A DNA stretch of 41,299 nucleotides. Source: Promethearchaeia archaeon (GTDB taxonomy: Archaea > Asgardarchaeota > Lokiarchaeia > Sigyniarchaeales > SOKP01). Of this stretch, positions 38,666-41,299 are shown piece after piece. Position 1 is the stretch's first letter; every line of letters starts with the position of its first letter. The position numbers were made by a program, and so were the translations under genes. The stretch lies in NCBI GenBank assembly GCA_046483985.1, contig JAWOCD010000107.1, positions 1-41,299 of the forward strand, given 5' to 3'. The notes under the pieces were generated by a model. It was not told the origin of the DNA. It saw only the letters and a program-made list of their open reading frames with translations, and searched no databases.

Positions 38666-39805
38666 GTGAAAGTTAAAGGAGAATATCTTATAAAATATGA
38701 AGATTTTCCACAATTGTTAAAAACATTATTAGATGAAGGAATAATCGATAAAATCATTGGTGCAAAACCCAAGATCAGCCGAAAAACTGAAGAGGAGGAT
38801 AGATTATCCATCTCTCCTGAGGTTTACGAAGAGTCAAATGATATTGAATCTTTTCCTCTCTCAAACCTCATAGCATATGGCTATGCCAGAACAGACTCTG
38901 CTGCCAAGTATCTCCAGTCGAAACTAAACGGCGCCAAAGAGGAAAAGATCGGCTTAGTAGCACGACCATGTGACACGCGCGCGATAGTCGAACTGGTCAA
39001 GATTCGGCAAGTCAATTTGGATAATCTGTTCATTATCGCAATGGAAGATAGAGGGTTAATCCCGAAGGTCTCCCGTTCTATGCGAAAACACAAGGATATT
39101 GACACGACCGAAGTGGTTCGGGAAAAGATCGTGGACGATGGATTCCAATTTTTATTTGAAGGCGGAGATACTAAAACAGTAGATTTAGAAATTGCTGATA
39201 ATTGCTCCCGTTGCGTTAGCAAGACTCCTGCTATTGCTGATATTTCGGTTTCCAATGTGGGCGTGCCCATTGATTCGGACTCGCTCATCTTGAAAGTGTA
39301 TTCGGAAAGCGGACAATCTATCCTCGATAAGGCTGGATTGGATCTTGACGCCTTACCGGATGATTTGAAAGAGAGCCACACTGAAAAGATGGAAGAATTA
39401 TTGCAGAAGGCACAAGAAAAACGGGAAGGTGATTTAGAAGAATGGAACAAGCTCTCGCAGGAAGATAAAATTGAAAAGTTACAGAAATGCACAATGTGCG
39501 GAATGTGTATACGCGCATGTCCCGTCTGTTATTGTGTCGATTGCATCTTGCAGAAGAAACGGAAGGAAAAAACGATCAATAATGAAACTTATCAACTGAC
39601 GCGAATTGCTCATGTTGCAGACAGATGTGTTGAATGCGGAAGCTGCGACAATAACTGCCCCATGAGTTTGCCACTATCATTATACTTCCAGTCACTCAAT
39701 GACGCATTTAAGGAGAAGTTTAACTATGAAGCCGGAAAGTCCGTGGATGACGTACCTTTCCGTTCAGGTGAGGCAATAAAGTCGATGGAATTAGAGAGAA
39801 CATAA
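38666..39805 (+). CDS. FdhB/FrhB-family Fe-S flavoprotein with C-terminal 2x[4Fe-4S]
   Basis: ARPCDTRAIVELVKIRQVNLDNL, NCSRC...ADISV, CTMCGMCIRACPVCYCVDC and CVECGSCDNNCP motifs; GTG start. Confidence 0.85.
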   Translation: MKVKGEYLIKYEDFPQLLKTLLDEGIIDKIIGAKPKISRKTEEEDRLSISPEVYEESNDIESFPLSNLIAYGYARTDSAAKYLQSKLNGAKEEKIGLVARPCDTRAIVELVKIRQVNLDNLFIIAMEDRGLIPKVSRSMRKHKDIDTTEVVREKIVDDGFQFLFEGGDTKTVDLEIADNCSRCVSKTPAIADISVSNVGVPIDSDSLILKVYSESGQSILDKAGLDLDALPDDLKESHTEKMEELLQKAQEKREGDLEEWNKLSQEDKIEKLQKCTMCGMCIRACPVCYCVDCILQKKRKEKTINNETYQLTRIAHVADRCVECGSCDNNCPMSLPLSLYFQSLNDAFKEKFNYEAGKSVDDVPFRSGEAIKSMELERT

Positions 39806-39896
39806 ATATCTTTTTTACTTTTTTATTTATTGTCTCTTATTTAATATTAATAAGAAAAACCAACTATAATATATATCAAGCTAAGAAGTGTTTTAT

Positions 39897-40685
39897 ATGA
39901 GTCTTCCAAAAAAAGAAGCAATTAAAGAAGGACGTGTGACCAAATATATCTATAAAATGCTCAATCACATTCAAACGCTGAAATATGATGACGATAAGTG
40001 CATTGAATGCGGTTTTTGTCATCGTGTATGTCCTGTCACGACCATGGAAGAGGATGGAAAAGAACGGGTTATTAAGCGAACGGCAATCGGAACACCAGAG
40101 GATATGAAAATCGATAGCGATCAAAAGACCGTTGTGGACTTAGATAAATGTATCTGGTGTGGGTGTTGTACATGGATTTGCCCAGGTTATACGTTAGAAT
40201 TGGATGTTAACGGGGAAGAGAAAGTAAATTTAGTCGAAAATGGATCTCTGCCCGAATTCAAGGAAGAGGTGCGAGAGTTAGAAGATGGTCAAAAGGTACG
40301 GAAAGTGGTGGAAGGAAGTATTACCATCACTAGCACCGAAGAGGACCCAGAAATAGTGGAGAGATTTGCCGATGAATGTTCTGTCGGCGCGTTATCGGTA
40401 AGTGAAGATAATGAAATCGTGGTAGACGAAGATAAATGCATTCTCTGTTTTAAATGTACCGAAGCCGCAGAAAACTACGAGAATATTGATGTAGATATCC
40501 ACCGTGATCGATTTATGGATGTGAAAGGAGAAGTATCTTCCGTCTGGAACGGCATTATGCTTCGAGTGACCGGTAAGGAAGGAAAGATTAAAGGAATTAA
40601 GAGTCTTAGCCAAAATAAACTCGCCGATTCGGTCATGCGTTTATTAGGCCGGTTAGAAGAGGAAGAAGAAGAGGAAGAATCCTAA
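39897..40685 (+). CDS. Polyferredoxin (FwdF-like)
   Basis: CIECGFCHRVCP, CIWCGCCTWICP and a degenerate pair (EC...CILCFKC). ATG 39897 is preferred over GTG 39888. Acidic tail. Confidence 0.8.
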   Translation: MSLPKKEAIKEGRVTKYIYKMLNHIQTLKYDDDKCIECGFCHRVCPVTTMEEDGKERVIKRTAIGTPEDMKIDSDQKTVVDLDKCIWCGCCTWICPGYTLELDVNGEEKVNLVENGSLPEFKEEVRELEDGQKVRKVVEGSITITSTEEDPEIVERFADECSVGALSVSEDNEIVVDEDKCILCFKCTEAAENYENIDVDIHRDRFMDVKGEVSSVWNGIMLRVTGKEGKIKGIKSLSQNKLADSVMRLLGRLEEEEEEEES

Positions 40686-40809
40686 ATAACCTTTCCTTAT
40701 TTATTCTATTTATTTGGACGGAAAGGAACTTTCACTCATCCGGAAATTGATGGTCTAACCCTTCGAGATAATTTTTTTCTTTTTCATTTAAATTTCATTT
40801 TTCCTTATT

Positions 40810-40843
40810 CTTATACTTTCTTACATCTTATACTTTCTTACAT
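40810..40843. repeat. 17-bp tandem duplication CTTATACTTTCTTACAT x2
   Basis: Exact repeat overlapping the stop of the truncated minus-strand ORF. Confidence 0.8.
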
Positions 40844-41157
40844 CTGGCAAAATAAATAATTAGCAACGTGGTAACGAGAGATGAGAAACCAAATGTCAGA
40901 AAAAACGAATTAATCAAAATTCCCAACCCGATCCATAGGAAGATATAACCGAAAATCATTGCCCACCCCGCCCAGAAAAAGCCCCAGATTAAAAAAGGAA
41001 TGCCGAAAATGAAATTCAAGGGATAATTAAATAATCTCGGCAAGGAAAGAGCATTATCACCATATAGTGAAATAAGAGTGCCTACCAGGGGAAAAATGAC
41101 AAGTACTAAAAACTCGCTCCATAGAAAAACCGACATTTTCTCTGTTTTACCCCTCAT
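40828..41157 (-). pseudogene. Truncated ICMT/PEMT-like membrane methyltransferase remnant
   Basis: TM helices where FFWAGW joins AMIFGY; the expected GTP...LVxxGPYxxxRNPM segment and the C-terminal EE...FG..Y motif are absent. Confidence 0.5.
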
Positions 41158-41225
41158 AGGCTCTCACCTCCAATTTTTCCACTCTTCTTGTTTTTCTTCT
41201 ACCTAAAATAATCATAGCTCACTAT

Positions 41226-41299
41226 TTGAACAACCACGCCCTAAAGGGCGGTGGATTCGTGCTCCCTAATGTGCTATACACACTATTACTCTTGTGTCT
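41226..41299 (-). mobile_element. IS200/IS605-family right end; element probably continues beyond the window
   Basis: Minus strand reads GAATCCACCGCCCTTTAGGGCGTGGTTGTTCAA, the same hairpin plus TTCAA pattern as at 12048-12079. Confidence 0.7.

Noticed and set aside
358-40613. Many short antisense or overlapping ORFs in the track (e.g. 358-690, 2825-3235, 21063-21608, 38881-39492)
   Set aside because: They are shadows of well-supported genes and show no motifs.
40695-40726. CCTTTCC/GGAAAGG hairpin as an ncRNA
   Set aside because: It is a single short stem after the stop codon, adequately explained as a 3'-end or terminator structure.
41259-41276. GTGCTCCCTAATGTGC resembles the SECIS 5' flank
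   Set aside because: It lacks the AUGA core and helix II, lies within an IS end, and is probably coincidental.

Overview
AT-rich archaeal window, most likely from an Asgard archaeon of the Lokiarchaeia/Promethearchaeota type. This assignment is inferred from the archaeal-type ThrRS, a Loki-CTERM-like IxGY anchor, a UEV-JAMM fusion and a eukaryote-like SECIS. The left two-thirds is mixed: a TauE/TSUP exporter, an HTH regulator divergent from a 1139-aa two-TM repeat surface protein, a TPR protein, TatD, the UEV-JAMM fusion, a small IS200/IS605 (TnpB) relic, a degenerate CPBP protein, SDRs (one KDSR-like), thrS and a RapA-like SNF2 ATPase. From about 26.6 to 40.7 kb there is a co-oriented redox cluster: an RdhA/QueG-like gene, an all-Cys HdrA(double)-MvhD-FrhB module, AOR plus a ferredoxin-like subunit, and a second HdrA-MvhD-FdhB module with a polyferredoxin. 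The ORF track fragments or misses the second module. Reading through four in-frame TGA codons, each aligned with a Cys of the paralog in the same window, restores a 655-aa HdrA (36015-37982) and a 144-aa MvhD (37987-38421). One eukaryote-type SECIS hairpin follows them (38431-38507). The window ends in another IS200/IS605 right end.
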